The notes beneath the pieces were generated by a model that saw only the letters and a list, made by a program, of their open reading frames with translations, had not been told where the DNA came from and did not search any database. A stretch of DNA of 64,000 nucleotides from Halorarum halobium. GTDB lineage: Archaea > Halobacteriota > Halobacteria > Halobacteriales > Haloferacaceae. The DNA is taken from positions 1,116,001 to 1,180,000 of the forward strand of contig NZ_CP134949.1 of the NCBI RefSeq assembly GCF_032116555.1, in the 5' to 3' direction. This document shows, in pieces, positions 38,061-47,861 of this stretch. A program made the position numbers and the translations under genes. Every line of letters begins with the position of its first letter. The stretch's first letter is position 1.

Positions 38061-39224
38061 CTACCGTCGCCGGACCAGGAAGCCGACGGCCACGACCACG
38101 AGGAGTGCGCCGACGATCAGCGGGAGCGTCGGGAGGCCGTCGCCCGAGGACTGGGGCGCCGGCGTCGCCTGCCCGGCCTCCCCCGCGGGCACCTCGGTCA
38201 CGAACGAGCGTTCGACGCCGTCGACGACGTACTCGACGCGGATCGGGATCGACTCGGCCCCGTCCGCGAGGTCGGCGTTCAGCGTGAACGAGACGAAGTC
38301 GCTGCCCTCGACGGTGCCGACGAAGTAGTCGGGCTGTGGCTGTGCCGGCGAGACGCCCGAGCCGCCGACGACGCTCACGATGACGCTCTCGACCGCGTCG
38401 GAGCCGACGTTCGCCGCGCTCCCGGAGAGCGTGAGCGTCCCCTCCTCGCGGACGACGTTGACGCCGCTGAGCCGGACCCGTCCGGGGTTTTGCGGCTCGG
38501 TGAAGTCGCCGGCGAAGCTCCGGGTGACCGTCCGCCGCTCGCCGTCCTGCGTGTACCGCAACGTCACGTCGACGGGGTAGCGTCCGGCGGCGTCGACGGT
38601 CGCCGGGAAGGAGAACTGTGCGACGTCCTCGGCGGCGAGGATGGCCTGCACGCGCGCCCTCGAGGAGAACGTGACGTTCTCGGCCGGCGACGAGACCGTG
38701 AGATCGAGCTGGCGGACCGACTCGTTCAGCCCGTTGGCGACGGTGACGTTCACCGGCCGCTTCGCGCCGGCGACGGCCTCCTCGACGTTCAGTTCGAGCT
38801 GCGGGTGGGGATCGCGTACGGTCACGTCGACCGGCTGGACCATCCGGCGACGGGTGCCATCGCCCTCCAGTAGCGTGAGGTGGACGTACACCGTGTGCTC
38901 GCCGGTCTCGTTGATCGTCGGGCTGACGGTGAACAGCCGGGACTGTCCCGGCTCCAGCCGCCGGGAGACGTCCAGTTCCTCGATCTCGTCGGAGTCACGG
39001 TCCGCCCCCTCGCGGATCAGCAGGTCCGTGACGACGTACCCCTCGGTGCTGTCCTCGGCGTTCGACACCGAGACGTTCACCGGGAACGACTGTTCGGGCA
39101 CCACGTCGTCGGTGCCGACGCCCGCGGTCACCGAGACGAAGCCGTCGGCCGCGACGGGGACCGCGACCCCGGCGAGCACGACGAGGAGGGCGAGAAGGAA
39201 CGGTGGGGCTGAACGAGGAAGCAT
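38061..39224 (-). CDS. Secreted Ig-like/COG1361 S-layer-domain protein with C-terminal membrane anchor
   Basis: Signal peptide, beta-rich repeats, YFVGTVEGSDFVSFTL, C-terminal TM followed by RRR; first gene of the ABC operon. Confidence 0.8.
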   Translation of the reverse strand: MLPRSAPPFLLALLVVLAGVAVPVAADGFVSVTAGVGTDDVVPEQSFPVNVSVSNAEDSTEGYVVTDLLIREGADRDSDEIEELDVSRRLEPGQSRLFTVSPTINETGEHTVYVHLTLLEGDGTRRRMVQPVDVTVRDPHPQLELNVEEAVAGAKRPVNVTVANGLNESVRQLDLTVSSPAENVTFSSRARVQAILAAEDVAQFSFPATVDAAGRYPVDVTLRYTQDGERRTVTRSFAGDFTEPQNPGRVRLSGVNVVREEGTLTLSGSAANVGSDAVESVIVSVVGGSGVSPAQPQPDYFVGTVEGSDFVSFTLNADLADGAESIPIRVEYVVDGVERSFVTEVPAGEAGQATPAPQSSGDGLPTLPLIVGALLVVVAVGFLVRRR

Positions 39225-39348
39225 TCGTGGTAGCCGAGTGCCCCAGGAAGGGCAAATAGCTACCGGGACTGACTGACCGTTCAGCCAGCGATCCGGCCGG
39301 GACGACACCGCTGTCGTCCCGGCAGGGCCAGTTCCGTGCTGGCGTCGC

Positions 39349-39663
39349 CTACCCCTGCCCGCCGCCCGCTCGTCCGTCCTCCGCGGCCGAACCCCCCTCC
39401 GCGACCCGGTCGTCGTCGGATCCGTCGTCCGCCCCGTCCTCGTCCGCGAGCTCGGCTTCCAGCGACTCCATCGTCCGCCGGCCGCCGACCCACAGCAGCG
39501 GGAACGCCACCGCCATGAGCACGAGCAGCGCGAACGAGTACGCCGTCGACCCGACGAACGGGAGCCCCGGCGCGACCGAGGGGAGCACCGCGAGCGCGAA
39601 CAGCGCGAGGAGGGTGGAGACGGCGGCCGCGAGGTAGACGAGGCCCTTCGTCCGGTCGTCCAT
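39349..39663 (-). CDS. Small 2-TM membrane protein
   Basis: MDDRTKGLVYLAAAVSTLL...; two hydrophobic helices and an acidic tail (true C-terminal part of the spurious 1259-aa ORF). Confidence 0.7.
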   Translation of the reverse strand: MDDRTKGLVYLAAAVSTLLALFALAVLPSVAPGLPFVGSTAYSFALLVLMAVAFPLLWVGGRRTMESLEAELADEDGADDGSDDDRVAEGGSAAEDGRAGGGQG

Positions 39664-39780
39664 GGCGACACCTTCGCCGGGGCCGGGAAAAAGCCGGCGG
39701 GGTGGGATTTCCCCGCCCGTCTTGCGGCCGGCACGCACCGCGGCGGTGAGATTATTGCCCGACGGGGTCACGTGCGAGCC

Positions 39781-41208
39781 ATGTCCGACCCCTTCGTCGT
39801 CGTCGGCGGGGACGCGGCGGGACTGAGCGCCGCGAGCAAGTGCGCCCGCGAGTCCGACCGCGACGTCGTCGTGTTCGAGCGCGGCCGCTGGGTGTCCTAC
39901 GCGCACTGCGGGACGCCCTACTACGTCAAGGCCGAGGTGGACGACCTCCTCTCGCTGACCTCGCTCTCGCCCGATGAGATCGACGAGCGCGGCATCGACC
40001 TCCGGCGGGACCACGAGGTGACCGGCATCGACGTCGACGCGGGAACCGTGACGGTTCGGTCCCGGAGCAGGGAGTTCGAACAGCCGTACGGCGACCTCCT
40101 GATCGCGACGGGCGCGACCGCGGACGCGCCGTTCGAGGGGACCGATCTCGAGGGGGCGTTCACGCTCCACCACATGGACTCCGCGGCCGCCATGCGCGCG
40201 TTCCTCGAGGAGCCCGGAACCGTCGACCCCGCCTCGGTCGGCGACGGGTTCGCCGACGAGGCGCTCGTCGCCCGCCACGCCGAGCGCGACCCGCCCGAGC
40301 GCGCGGTCATCGTCGGCGGCGGCTACGTCGGCGTCGAACTCGCGGAGGCGTTCTCGGCCTGGGACCTCGACGTCCACCTCTTCCAGCGCGGCGAGCGGCT
40401 CCTGAAGCCGTTCGGCGATGCGGTCGGCGAGACGGTCGCCGACGAACTCCGGGAGCGCGGCGTCACGCTCCATCTCGACACGCCGGTCGAGCGGCTCCGC
40501 GGGACCGACGACGGTGAACTGGCGGCCGTCGTCTGCGGGAACGAGGAGCTGGAGACGCCCCTCGCGGCCGTCGGCGTCGGCGTCCGGCCGGCCTCCGACC
40601 TCGCGGCCGAGGCGGGCATCGACCTCGGCGCGTCCGGGGCGGTCGCCGTCGACGAGTACGGCGAGACCGCCGCAGAGAGCGTGTACGCCGCGGGCGACTG
40701 CGCCGAGGACGCACACGCCGTCACCGGCGATCAGGCCTGGGTGCCGCTCGGGCTCACGGCGAACCGTGCGGGCAGGGCCGTCGGCGCGACCGTGGCCGGC
40801 GACCCGACGCCGGTCGGGACCGTCGCGGGCACGGCGGTCGTGAAGGCGTTCGAGCAGGAGTGCGGTCGGGCCGGCATCCTCGACCACGATGACGCCCGCG
40901 AGACGGGCTTCGAGCCGGTGAGCGAGACGATCACCGCCGGCTCCCGGTCGGGCTACTACCCCGGCAACGCGGACACGACGGTGACGCTGTGTGCCGACCG
41001 GGGGTCGGGGAGACTCCTCGGCGGGAGCGTCGTCGGCACCGACCGCGCGGCCGTTCGCATCGACACCGTCTCGACCGCGCTGGAGGCGGGGATGACCGTC
41101 GGGGAGGTCGAACGGCTGGACCTCGCGTACGCGCCGCCGTTCTCGCCGGTCTGGGACCCCGTGCTCGTCGCCGCGAAGGTGCTGAACGGGACGCTGGACG
41201 AGGAATGA
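39781..41208 (+). CDS. CoA-disulfide reductase / NADH oxidase-family flavoprotein
   Basis: VVGGDAAG, SYAHCG active-site Cys, GGGYVGVE, YAAGDC, LAYAPPF. Confidence 0.88.
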   Translation: MSDPFVVVGGDAAGLSAASKCARESDRDVVVFERGRWVSYAHCGTPYYVKAEVDDLLSLTSLSPDEIDERGIDLRRDHEVTGIDVDAGTVTVRSRSREFEQPYGDLLIATGATADAPFEGTDLEGAFTLHHMDSAAAMRAFLEEPGTVDPASVGDGFADEALVARHAERDPPERAVIVGGGYVGVELAEAFSAWDLDVHLFQRGERLLKPFGDAVGETVADELRERGVTLHLDTPVERLRGTDDGELAAVVCGNEELETPLAAVGVGVRPASDLAAEAGIDLGASGAVAVDEYGETAAESVYAAGDCAEDAHAVTGDQAWVPLGLTANRAGRAVGATVAGDPTPVGTVAGTAVVKAFEQECGRAGILDHDDARETGFEPVSETITAGSRSGYYPGNADTTVTLCADRGSGRLLGGSVVGTDRAAVRIDTVSTALEAGMTVGEVERLDLAYAPPFSPVWDPVLVAAKVLNGTLDEE

Positions 41209-41322
41209 CGGTCGAGCCGGCCTGCCGCGGACCGACGAGCGGGCGTGCCGCCGCGTCCGCAAGTGGGCCCGACGACGGCCGGGACCGGTAGCGACAAAGG
41301 TCCACGCGGTCACCGGTCGGAT

Positions 41323-43077
41323 ATGCGACTGGAGGACTACTGGGGTGTCGGACCCAAGACCGCCGAGACGCTCCGGGCGGCCCTCGGCGAGGAGCGCGCC
41401 ATCGCCGCCATCGACGCGGCAGACGTCGCGGCGCTGGCCGACGCCGGGGTGTCGCGCGGGCGGGCGACGCGGGTGCTTCGTCGGGCGAACGGCGAAGCCG
41501 GCATGGACCTGTTCGGCACGGCCGACGCCCGGAAGGTGTACGACGGCCTGCTCTCGCTGGCCGCTGAGTTCGCGGTCACCGAGCACGCCGCCGACCGGGT
41601 CCGCGTGCTCACGCCGCTCACGGACCCCGAGGAGCGACGCGAGCGGCTGACCGACGTGCTGGAGGCGCGCGACACCTGGACCGCGCTTGACGACGAGGAA
41701 CGGGCGGCCGTGCTCGACGCCTTCCGCGAGTTCGACGAGGCGGGCGGCACCGACCCGGCCGCCGTGGAGGCGACGCTGGCGCTCCGCGAGGCCGGGCTGC
41801 GGGGCGGCACGTTCGCCGCGCTGGAGGGCATCGACGACGGGGAACTCCGCGAGGCCGGCCGGGCGCTCGCGGCGTTCGGCGGCGACCGCGGCGACGGCGA
41901 GGGGGACGCGCGCGTCGCGGACGGCGCCGACGAGAAACTTGACCGCCTCCGCGAGCAGCGCGACGCGGCACGGGACCTGGAGAACTCCGCGTTCGACGTG
42001 ATCGACACGGTCAGGGAGCGGGGGGTGCGCGACGCGGACGCGTTCCGGTCGGCCGTCGTCGAACACTTCGCCTCGGAGACGGACCTGACGCGGGGCCGGG
42101 TCGAGTCCGCCGCGCCGGAGGGCGCGGTCGACTCGGCAGACTACGTGAGCGGGACGCTGCGCGGGCTGGTGTCCGACCTCGAGGACGACGTGGCGGCCCG
42201 GGCGGACGAGGTCCGCTCCGAACTCGAAGCGGCCGTCGAGGAGGCCGGCGAGGACGTCGACGCCGCGGTCCGGGCCGTGAGCGACATCGCGTTCCTGCTC
42301 TCGCTGGCACGCTTCGCGGAGGAACACGACATGGCGGAACCGGAACTCGGCGGCGACGGCGTCGCGGTGGCGAACGCCCGGAACCTCCTCCTCGACGGCG
42401 ACGTCCAGCCGGTGACCTACGCCGTCGGCGACCACGACCTCGACATCGACGCGCCGAGCGGCGACCGCGTGACGGTGCTCACCGGCGCGAACTCGGGCGG
42501 GAAGACGACGCTGCTGGAGACGCTCTGTCAGGTGACCGTGCTCGCCTCGATGGGGCTGCCCGTGCCGGCCGAGGCGGCCGAGATCGGCTCGTTCGACACG
42601 GTCGTGTTCCACCGTCGGCACGCGTCGTTCAACGCGGGCGTGCTGGAGGCGACGCTGAAGTCCATCGTCCCGCCGCTCTCGGACGAGGGGCGGACGCTGA
42701 TGCTCGTCGACGAGTTCGAGGCGATCACCGAGCCGGGTCGGGCGGCCGACCTGCTGAACGGGCTGGTGGAACTGACGGTCGACCACGACGCGCTCGGCGC
42801 GTACGTCACCCACCTCGCGGAGGACCTGAGCCCGCTGCCCGACGTCGCCCGCGTCGACGGCATCTTCGCCGAGGGGCTGACGAGCGACCTGCAGCTGCGG
42901 GTCGACTACCAGCCGCGCTTCGGTACCGTCGGCCGGTCGACGCCGGAGTTCATCGTCTCGCGGCTGGTGGCGAACGCGACGGACCGGTCGGAGAAGGCCG
43001 GCTTCCAGAAGCTGGCCTCGGCCGTCGGCGAGGAGGCCGTCCAGCGGACGCTCTCGGACGCCGCCTGGGGCGGGTGA
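41323..43077 (+). CDS. MutS-related ATPase with N-terminal HhH (haloarchaeal MutS5-type)
   Basis: WGVGPKT HhH, LTGANSGGKTT, LVDEFEAITE, VTHL; no mismatch-binding domain. Confidence 0.85.
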   Translation: MRLEDYWGVGPKTAETLRAALGEERAIAAIDAADVAALADAGVSRGRATRVLRRANGEAGMDLFGTADARKVYDGLLSLAAEFAVTEHAADRVRVLTPLTDPEERRERLTDVLEARDTWTALDDEERAAVLDAFREFDEAGGTDPAAVEATLALREAGLRGGTFAALEGIDDGELREAGRALAAFGGDRGDGEGDARVADGADEKLDRLREQRDAARDLENSAFDVIDTVRERGVRDADAFRSAVVEHFASETDLTRGRVESAAPEGAVDSADYVSGTLRGLVSDLEDDVAARADEVRSELEAAVEEAGEDVDAAVRAVSDIAFLLSLARFAEEHDMAEPELGGDGVAVANARNLLLDGDVQPVTYAVGDHDLDIDAPSGDRVTVLTGANSGGKTTLLETLCQVTVLASMGLPVPAEAAEIGSFDTVVFHRRHASFNAGVLEATLKSIVPPLSDEGRTLMLVDEFEAITEPGRAADLLNGLVELTVDHDALGAYVTHLAEDLSPLPDVARVDGIFAEGLTSDLQLRVDYQPRFGTVGRSTPEFIVSRLVANATDRSEKAGFQKLASAVGEEAVQRTLSDAAWGG

Positions 43078-43156
43078 GCCGAACTCGGATCCGTCCGGGA
43101 GCGGGTCCCGTCCCGTGTCAGAACCCATTTATCCGCGTCCCCCGACGTTCGCGCAC

Positions 43157-43582
43157 ATGAGCTATCTCCCGTGGGCCGTTCTCGCGCTCCTGTCCTACTC
43201 GATGGTCGCGCCGCTGATGCGGGTCGCCACCAGCGGCGCGAACCCGGTCCCGAGCAACGTCGCCGCGCTCGTCGCCAACACCGTCCTCGTGGTCGCCACG
43301 CTGGGCGTCATCGCCGTAAGCGGCGAGGGCGTCGTGGCGCACCTGGACGACCCGAAGATCCGGTACGTGCTCGCGGCGGGCGCGTGTCTCGCGGTCGGCA
43401 TCCTCGCCTACTACCGCTCGCTCTCGATGGGCCCCGTCTCCATCGTCGCGCCGGTGTTCGCCATGTTCTTCGTCACCTCCTCGGTCGTCGGAGTGCTCGC
43501 CCTGGAGGAGCCGGTCACCGCGCGGAAGGTCGCCGGCGTCGGCTTCGCGATCGTCGCGGTCGTGCTCGTCGCGGGCGAGTAA
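43157..43582 (+). CDS. EamA-family transporter (single domain)
   Basis: Five TM segments; YYRSLSMGPVSIVAP, LEEPVTARKVAG. Confidence 0.85.
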   Translation: MSYLPWAVLALLSYSMVAPLMRVATSGANPVPSNVAALVANTVLVVATLGVIAVSGEGVVAHLDDPKIRYVLAAGACLAVGILAYYRSLSMGPVSIVAPVFAMFFVTSSVVGVLALEEPVTARKVAGVGFAIVAVVLVAGE

Positions 43583-43657
43583 CTGCGGGCTCCGGTGCTC
43601 GCGGTCACGCCCCTCCGCGGCGAAACTGCTTTTTCGCGTCGCCACCGGGGGTAGCGT

Positions 43658-44260
43658 ATGGTACTGACCGAATCCGACTCAGAACTCGCCCGCGGCGACG
43701 CGGCGCCGGCGTTCGACCTGCCGGGCGTCGACGGCCGAACGCACTCGCTCGAGGAGTTCTCGGGCGAGGACGCCCTGCTCGTCGTGTTCACCTGCAACCA
43801 CTGTCCGTACGCGCAGGCGAAGTTCGACCTGCTGAACGACGTCGCCGCCGAGTACGACGACTGCGCGGTCGTCGGCATCAACCCGAACGACGCCGAGGCG
43901 TACCCGGAGGACTCCTTCGAGGCGATGGCGGAGTTCGTCGAGGACGGCCGGGTCGCCTACGACGTCTACCTCCGCGACGAGACGCAGGAAGTCGCCCGCG
44001 CGTACGGCGCGGTCTGCACGCCCGACCCGTTCCTGTTTCGGCGCGAGGCGGACGGCGACTCGGACGGAGGCGACTCCGCCGCCGGAGCCGACGGCCGGTT
44101 CGAACTCGCCTACCACGGCCGCCTCGACGACGCGCTCAACCCCGACGACGAGCCCGAGCACGTGTACATCCGCGACGCCATCGACGCCGTCCTCGCGGGG
44201 GAGCCGGTCCCCCACGACGACCTCCCCAGCCAGGGTTGTTCGATCAAGTGGCTGGAGTGA
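43658..44260 (+). CDS. Thioredoxin-fold AhpC/TSA-like protein
   Basis: FTCNHCPY, INPND, YPEDS, AVCTPD, YHGRLDD, GCSIKW. Confidence 0.9.
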   Translation: MVLTESDSELARGDAAPAFDLPGVDGRTHSLEEFSGEDALLVVFTCNHCPYAQAKFDLLNDVAAEYDDCAVVGINPNDAEAYPEDSFEAMAEFVEDGRVAYDVYLRDETQEVARAYGAVCTPDPFLFRREADGDSDGGDSAAGADGRFELAYHGRLDDALNPDDEPEHVYIRDAIDAVLAGEPVPHDDLPSQGCSIKWLE

Positions 44261-44327
44261 CGTCGCCGCGGCGACCAGCAGGCGGACAACCGTCCCTTCT
44301 TTCACCCCGCCCCGCACAGCACCGCCG

Positions 44328-44771
44328 ATGGGAGACGACTCGACCGGAGCAGACTCGACCGACTACGACCACGCGGACCCCGACCACGCGGGCGGGCTCC
44401 ACCACGTCGAACTGTACGCCTCGGACCTCGACGCGTCGCTCCCGTTCTGGGACTGGCTGCTCGGCGAACTCGGCTACGAACCCAAGAAGGACTGGGAGAG
44501 CGGGCGCTCCTGGATCAACGGGCCGACGTACGTCGTCCTCGTGCGGGCCGGCGAGACGGACCACCCGTTCGACCGGCGGGCCGCGGGGTTGAACCACCTC
44601 GCGTTCCACGCAGGGTCGCGCGCGCAGGTGGACGACCTCACCGACGGCGTCCGGGAGCGCGACGACGCGAGCGTGCTGTACGAGGACCGGCACCCCTACG
44701 CGGGCGGCTACTACGCGCTCTACTGTGAGGACCCGGAGGGCGTGAAAGTCGAGATCGTCGGCCCGGAATGA
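44328..44771 (+). CDS. VOC/glyoxalase-family protein
   Basis: LHHVEL, GLNHLAFHA, YYALYCEDPEGVKVE. Confidence 0.88.
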   Translation: MGDDSTGADSTDYDHADPDHAGGLHHVELYASDLDASLPFWDWLLGELGYEPKKDWESGRSWINGPTYVVLVRAGETDHPFDRRAAGLNHLAFHAGSRAQVDDLTDGVRERDDASVLYEDRHPYAGGYYALYCEDPEGVKVEIVGPE

Positions 44772-44773
44772 GT

Positions 44774-45235
44774 TCAGGCGTCGGCCGCGTCCGACCCCGC
44801 GGACTCGGCCGCGAGCGTCGAGAGCGCCTCCCGCGCGTTCTCGACCGCCTTCTCGCGCTTGGCCGGATACGCCTCGACTTTCGCGCGGAGCGTCAGCCCC
44901 GGCCCGAGGCGGACGTCGCCGCCGAAGGCCGCCTGCTTGTCCAGCCTGAGGAACAGCGAGTTGTTGTCGTCGACGCGCTCGTCGAGTTCGTCGATGACCC
45001 GGTCGACGTCCGGGAGTTCCGAGAGCACCGAGAGGACGTGGCGCACGTCGTCCGCGTTCTCGACGCGCGCGGAGCGGACGACGATGCGGTCGCCGTGGTG
45101 GCCCTCGTTCACGACGCGATCCACCTCGAACTCGTCGGGGAGGAACGTCCGGAGCGCCTGCTCGACGCGCTTCTCGTCCTCCGTCGCGTAACAGAACGTC
45201 CGGAGGTCGACGTAGTGGAAGGGGACGCTCGCCAT
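44774..45235 (-). CDS. DUF54/COG1325 RNA-binding protein
   Basis: FCYATEDEKRV, EGHHGD, FLRLDKQAA, KVEAYP. Confidence 0.85.
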   Translation of the reverse strand: MASVPFHYVDLRTFCYATEDEKRVEQALRTFLPDEFEVDRVVNEGHHGDRIVVRSARVENADDVRHVLSVLSELPDVDRVIDELDERVDDNNSLFLRLDKQAAFGGDVRLGPGLTLRAKVEAYPAKREKAVENAREALSTLAAESAGSDAADA

Positions 45236-45304
45236 GCTCGGGGGTCGGTTCGCGGGGGTAAAAGCGTTGGATTCTCCGACGCGGGTCGACCGGACGGCCG
45301 CGGG

Positions 45305-45733
45305 TCAGCTGAACGGCCCGTCGGTCCAGAGCAGGTGCCCGCCCAGCCCGCCGGCCAGCAGCGTCGGGAACATGAACAGCCAGGCGGTGAACGCCCGGCC
45401 GCCGGTCCCGTACACCAGGAAGAACAGCAACTGGCTCGCCGACCAGCCGGCGAGCAACTGCGGGGCCAGCGTGAGCAGAAGGTAGACGGCGAAGGACGCC
45501 GGAAGCGCGACGACGAACGCCCACACCATGCTTCGCATCTCCAGCCGGAGCGTCCCGACGAGCACGCCGACCGAAAGCAGCAGCACAGCGGGCAGCCATT
45601 CGGGCGTCGGAAGCGCGTCCGGATACACCGCCTGCTGGTAGTTGACGAACGTGAGCGCCCCGCCCGCGGTGCCGGCGAGGACGGCGAGTCCCAGCCGCTC
45701 GGGCAGGGTCGCCGGCCGTCGCAGCCGAGTCAT
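45305..45733 (-). CDS. Hypothetical membrane protein (about 4 TM)
   Basis: Hydrophobic 142-aa ORF; ATGA overlap with the upstream gene. Confidence 0.7.
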   Translation of the reverse strand: MTRLRRPATLPERLGLAVLAGTAGGALTFVNYQQAVYPDALPTPEWLPAVLLLSVGVLVGTLRLEMRSMVWAFVVALPASFAVYLLLTLAPQLLAGWSASQLLFFLVYGTGGRAFTAWLFMFPTLLAGGLGGHLLWTDGPFS

Positions 45734-46203
45734 CCTCCGTCACCCCCGACCGGTGCGGTGATCTCGGTTTCCAGGAACGCGCCGTCGAGCCGGAGCGTGA
45801 GCGTGCCCCGGAGCGTCGTCCCCGCGAGCGCGTCCGCCCCCTGCCCGTGGAACGCCTCCTTGAGTTCGAGCGTGGCGGTGATCGTCCCCGTGCCGCCGGC
45901 CGGCAGGGTCGCGCCGTCGACGGTGGTGCGCCGCGGCTCGTTGACCGCCTCGCCGTCGGGCCCGAGCGCGTAGACGCCGGACGTGCTCGACCCGTCTGGC
46001 ACCACGAGCGGTCGCGGGGCCGGGTTCGAGAGCTCCAGGTCGACCGCGACCGTCGACTCGTCGACCGTTCCGACGTCGGTCACCGTCGCGGAGACGTCGT
46101 CCACCCGCTGGGCGGCGACGTGGTCGGCGAGCAGCGGGACGGCGAGTGCGACGCCGAGCGCCAGAACGACACCCAGCAGGAGGGCGGCGTGGGTCCGTCG
46201 CAT
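45730..46203 (-). CDS. Hypothetical membrane-anchored/secreted beta-rich protein
   Basis: MRRTHAALLLGVVLAL signal/anchor; VDLELSNP and TLPAGGTGTI resemble a LEA_2/Ig-like fold. Confidence 0.7.
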   Translation of the reverse strand: MRRTHAALLLGVVLALGVALAVPLLADHVAAQRVDDVSATVTDVGTVDESTVAVDLELSNPAPRPLVVPDGSSTSGVYALGPDGEAVNEPRRTTVDGATLPAGGTGTITATLELKEAFHGQGADALAGTTLRGTLTLRLDGAFLETEITAPVGGDGG

Positions 46204-46394
46204 TCGAGTCGTCAACGTCGTGTCGGTCGAATAAACGTTCCCATCCCGGGGGTGGAGCGTGACGGGCCGACCGGGCGTGGGCCGCGTCCCCGTGCCCGCC
46301 CCCGTCCCCGCCCGCCCGACGGGCGTCGCCATCGTCACGGGGCCGCCGCTGGCCCGTCCTCGTCGACCGTCGGAAAATCGGCGGGAACGGCGCG

Positions 46395-46601
46395 TTACTC
46401 CTCGTCGTCCTCGGCGTCGGCCTCGGCCGCGGAGAGCTGGTCGGCGGGGACGCCCTGCTCCTGGCCCTCCTCGAACGAGACCGTGTAGGTCGCGTCGCCG
46501 AACATCGTCTCCATGACCTGCGTGACCGTGCCGGTCTCGCCGTCGAACTCGCTGTGCTCGTCCTCGAGGACGACGGTGTCGTCCTTCTCGAACTCACTCA
46601 T
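46395..46601 (-). CDS. Small acidic SH3-like protein (DUF1918-like)
   Basis: FEKDDTVVLEDEHSEFDGETGTVTQVMETMFGDATYTVSFEEGQEQGVP. Confidence 0.8.
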   Translation of the reverse strand: MSEFEKDDTVVLEDEHSEFDGETGTVTQVMETMFGDATYTVSFEEGQEQGVPADQLSAAEADAEDDEE

Positions 46602-46688
46602 GGAGCCGAGTTCGACGCGGTCGCACAAAAGGGCGCTGAAACCGTGCCGGGGCGCACCGGCCGCACGCTCGGGGGTCCGTCGCCTCCG

Positions 46689-47765
46689 TCAGTCCGCCGC
46701 CGACGGTCGCCGGTGGAACGGCTGGCCCGCGATGGCCCGCCGCAGTTCCGGCAGCGAGTCGCGCCCGTGCTCGGACATCGCCGACACGACCGCGAACACC
46801 TCCTGGCGGCTCACCTTCACGCCGCGGCCGTCGACCGCCTTCTCGGGCGACGCGCCGAGTTCGCGGAGCGTGCCGACCGCGAGCAGGAACGGGATCGCCC
46901 ACGCGTCGAGCGTGTTGCCGTCGACGAGCGGGAGGTGTTCGAGGTACGACTCCGCGTCGTCGAGGAACGTCCGGGCGAACGCCGTCGTCCGGCCGACGAC
47001 CGCCGCGGTGCCGTCGCGGTGTTCGTGGGCCGTGAGGTCCTCCTGGGGGACGTTCTCGGAGTCGAGCCACTCCGCGGGGAGGTAGACGTTGTTCTCCTCC
47101 TCGAAGTCGTCGTGGACGTCCTTCGCGATGTTGACGAGCTGGAGCAGCAGGCCGAACTCCTCGGCCGTCTCGTGGAGGCGGCGGGCGCGCTCCTCGGCGA
47201 TGTCGCCCCTGGTGAGCAGGTTCGTGATGAGGTTGCCCACGGTGCCGGCTGCGTAGTAGCAGTACTCCTCGAGTTCGCCGCGCGTGCCGATGCGGAGGCC
47301 GCCCTCGTCGGCGTAGCGGTCGACGAACTCCGCCATCCCGCCGACGAGTTCGCGCACCGGCGGGACGATGGCGCTGCGGACGTCCGCCGGGAGTTCCTCG
47401 AACGTGGCGAACACGCGCTCGGTCTCGGCGACGACCTCCCAGTCGGCCGAGCGCCCGTCGGCCGGCGGCAGGTGCTCGTCCACCGCCGCGCGGAAGTCGG
47501 CGGCGGCGGTGTCGTCCTGGGGGTCGAGCGCCGCGTCGTAGGTTCGGAGGAGGGCGGACTGTTCGTCGGGGTCGATGCGGTCGGTGTCCTCGACGGTGTC
47601 GGCGATCCGGCAGAGGAGATAGCCGAGACAGATGTAGGAGGACATGGGCTCCTCGAGCACGTCCACGGTGAGCGCGAAAGTTCGCGAGACGCCCTGCACG
47701 GAATCGTGACACCAGCCGAGGTCGGCGTCGGGGGCGGTAGTGGTCGGGCGGTCTGCGTCGGACAT
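46689..47765 (-). CDS. Squalene/phytoene synthase-family protein
   Basis: GVSRTFAL, YLLCRIADTVED, YCYYAAGTVG, LQLVNIAKDVHDD, VYLP. Confidence 0.9.
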   Translation of the reverse strand: MSDADRPTTTAPDADLGWCHDSVQGVSRTFALTVDVLEEPMSSYICLGYLLCRIADTVEDTDRIDPDEQSALLRTYDAALDPQDDTAAADFRAAVDEHLPPADGRSADWEVVAETERVFATFEELPADVRSAIVPPVRELVGGMAEFVDRYADEGGLRIGTRGELEEYCYYAAGTVGNLITNLLTRGDIAEERARRLHETAEEFGLLLQLVNIAKDVHDDFEEENNVYLPAEWLDSENVPQEDLTAHEHRDGTAAVVGRTTAFARTFLDDAESYLEHLPLVDGNTLDAWAIPFLLAVGTLRELGASPEKAVDGRGVKVSRQEVFAVVSAMSEHGRDSLPELRRAIAGQPFHRRPSAAD

Positions 47766-47861
47766 TCGGGTATCGGCCCTAGGGTTGGGGGGATAAAAAG
47801 TGGTGTGGGGTCGCTCGCGGGTCCGGAACACCATTAAGCCCCGAACGCGCCACCACACCGT

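Noticed and set aside
39664..43128. N-terminal ~1150 aa of the 1259-aa minus-strand ORF
   Set aside because: Antisense to the flavoprotein and MutS-like genes; only the last 104 aa (from ATG 39663) look like a real membrane protein.
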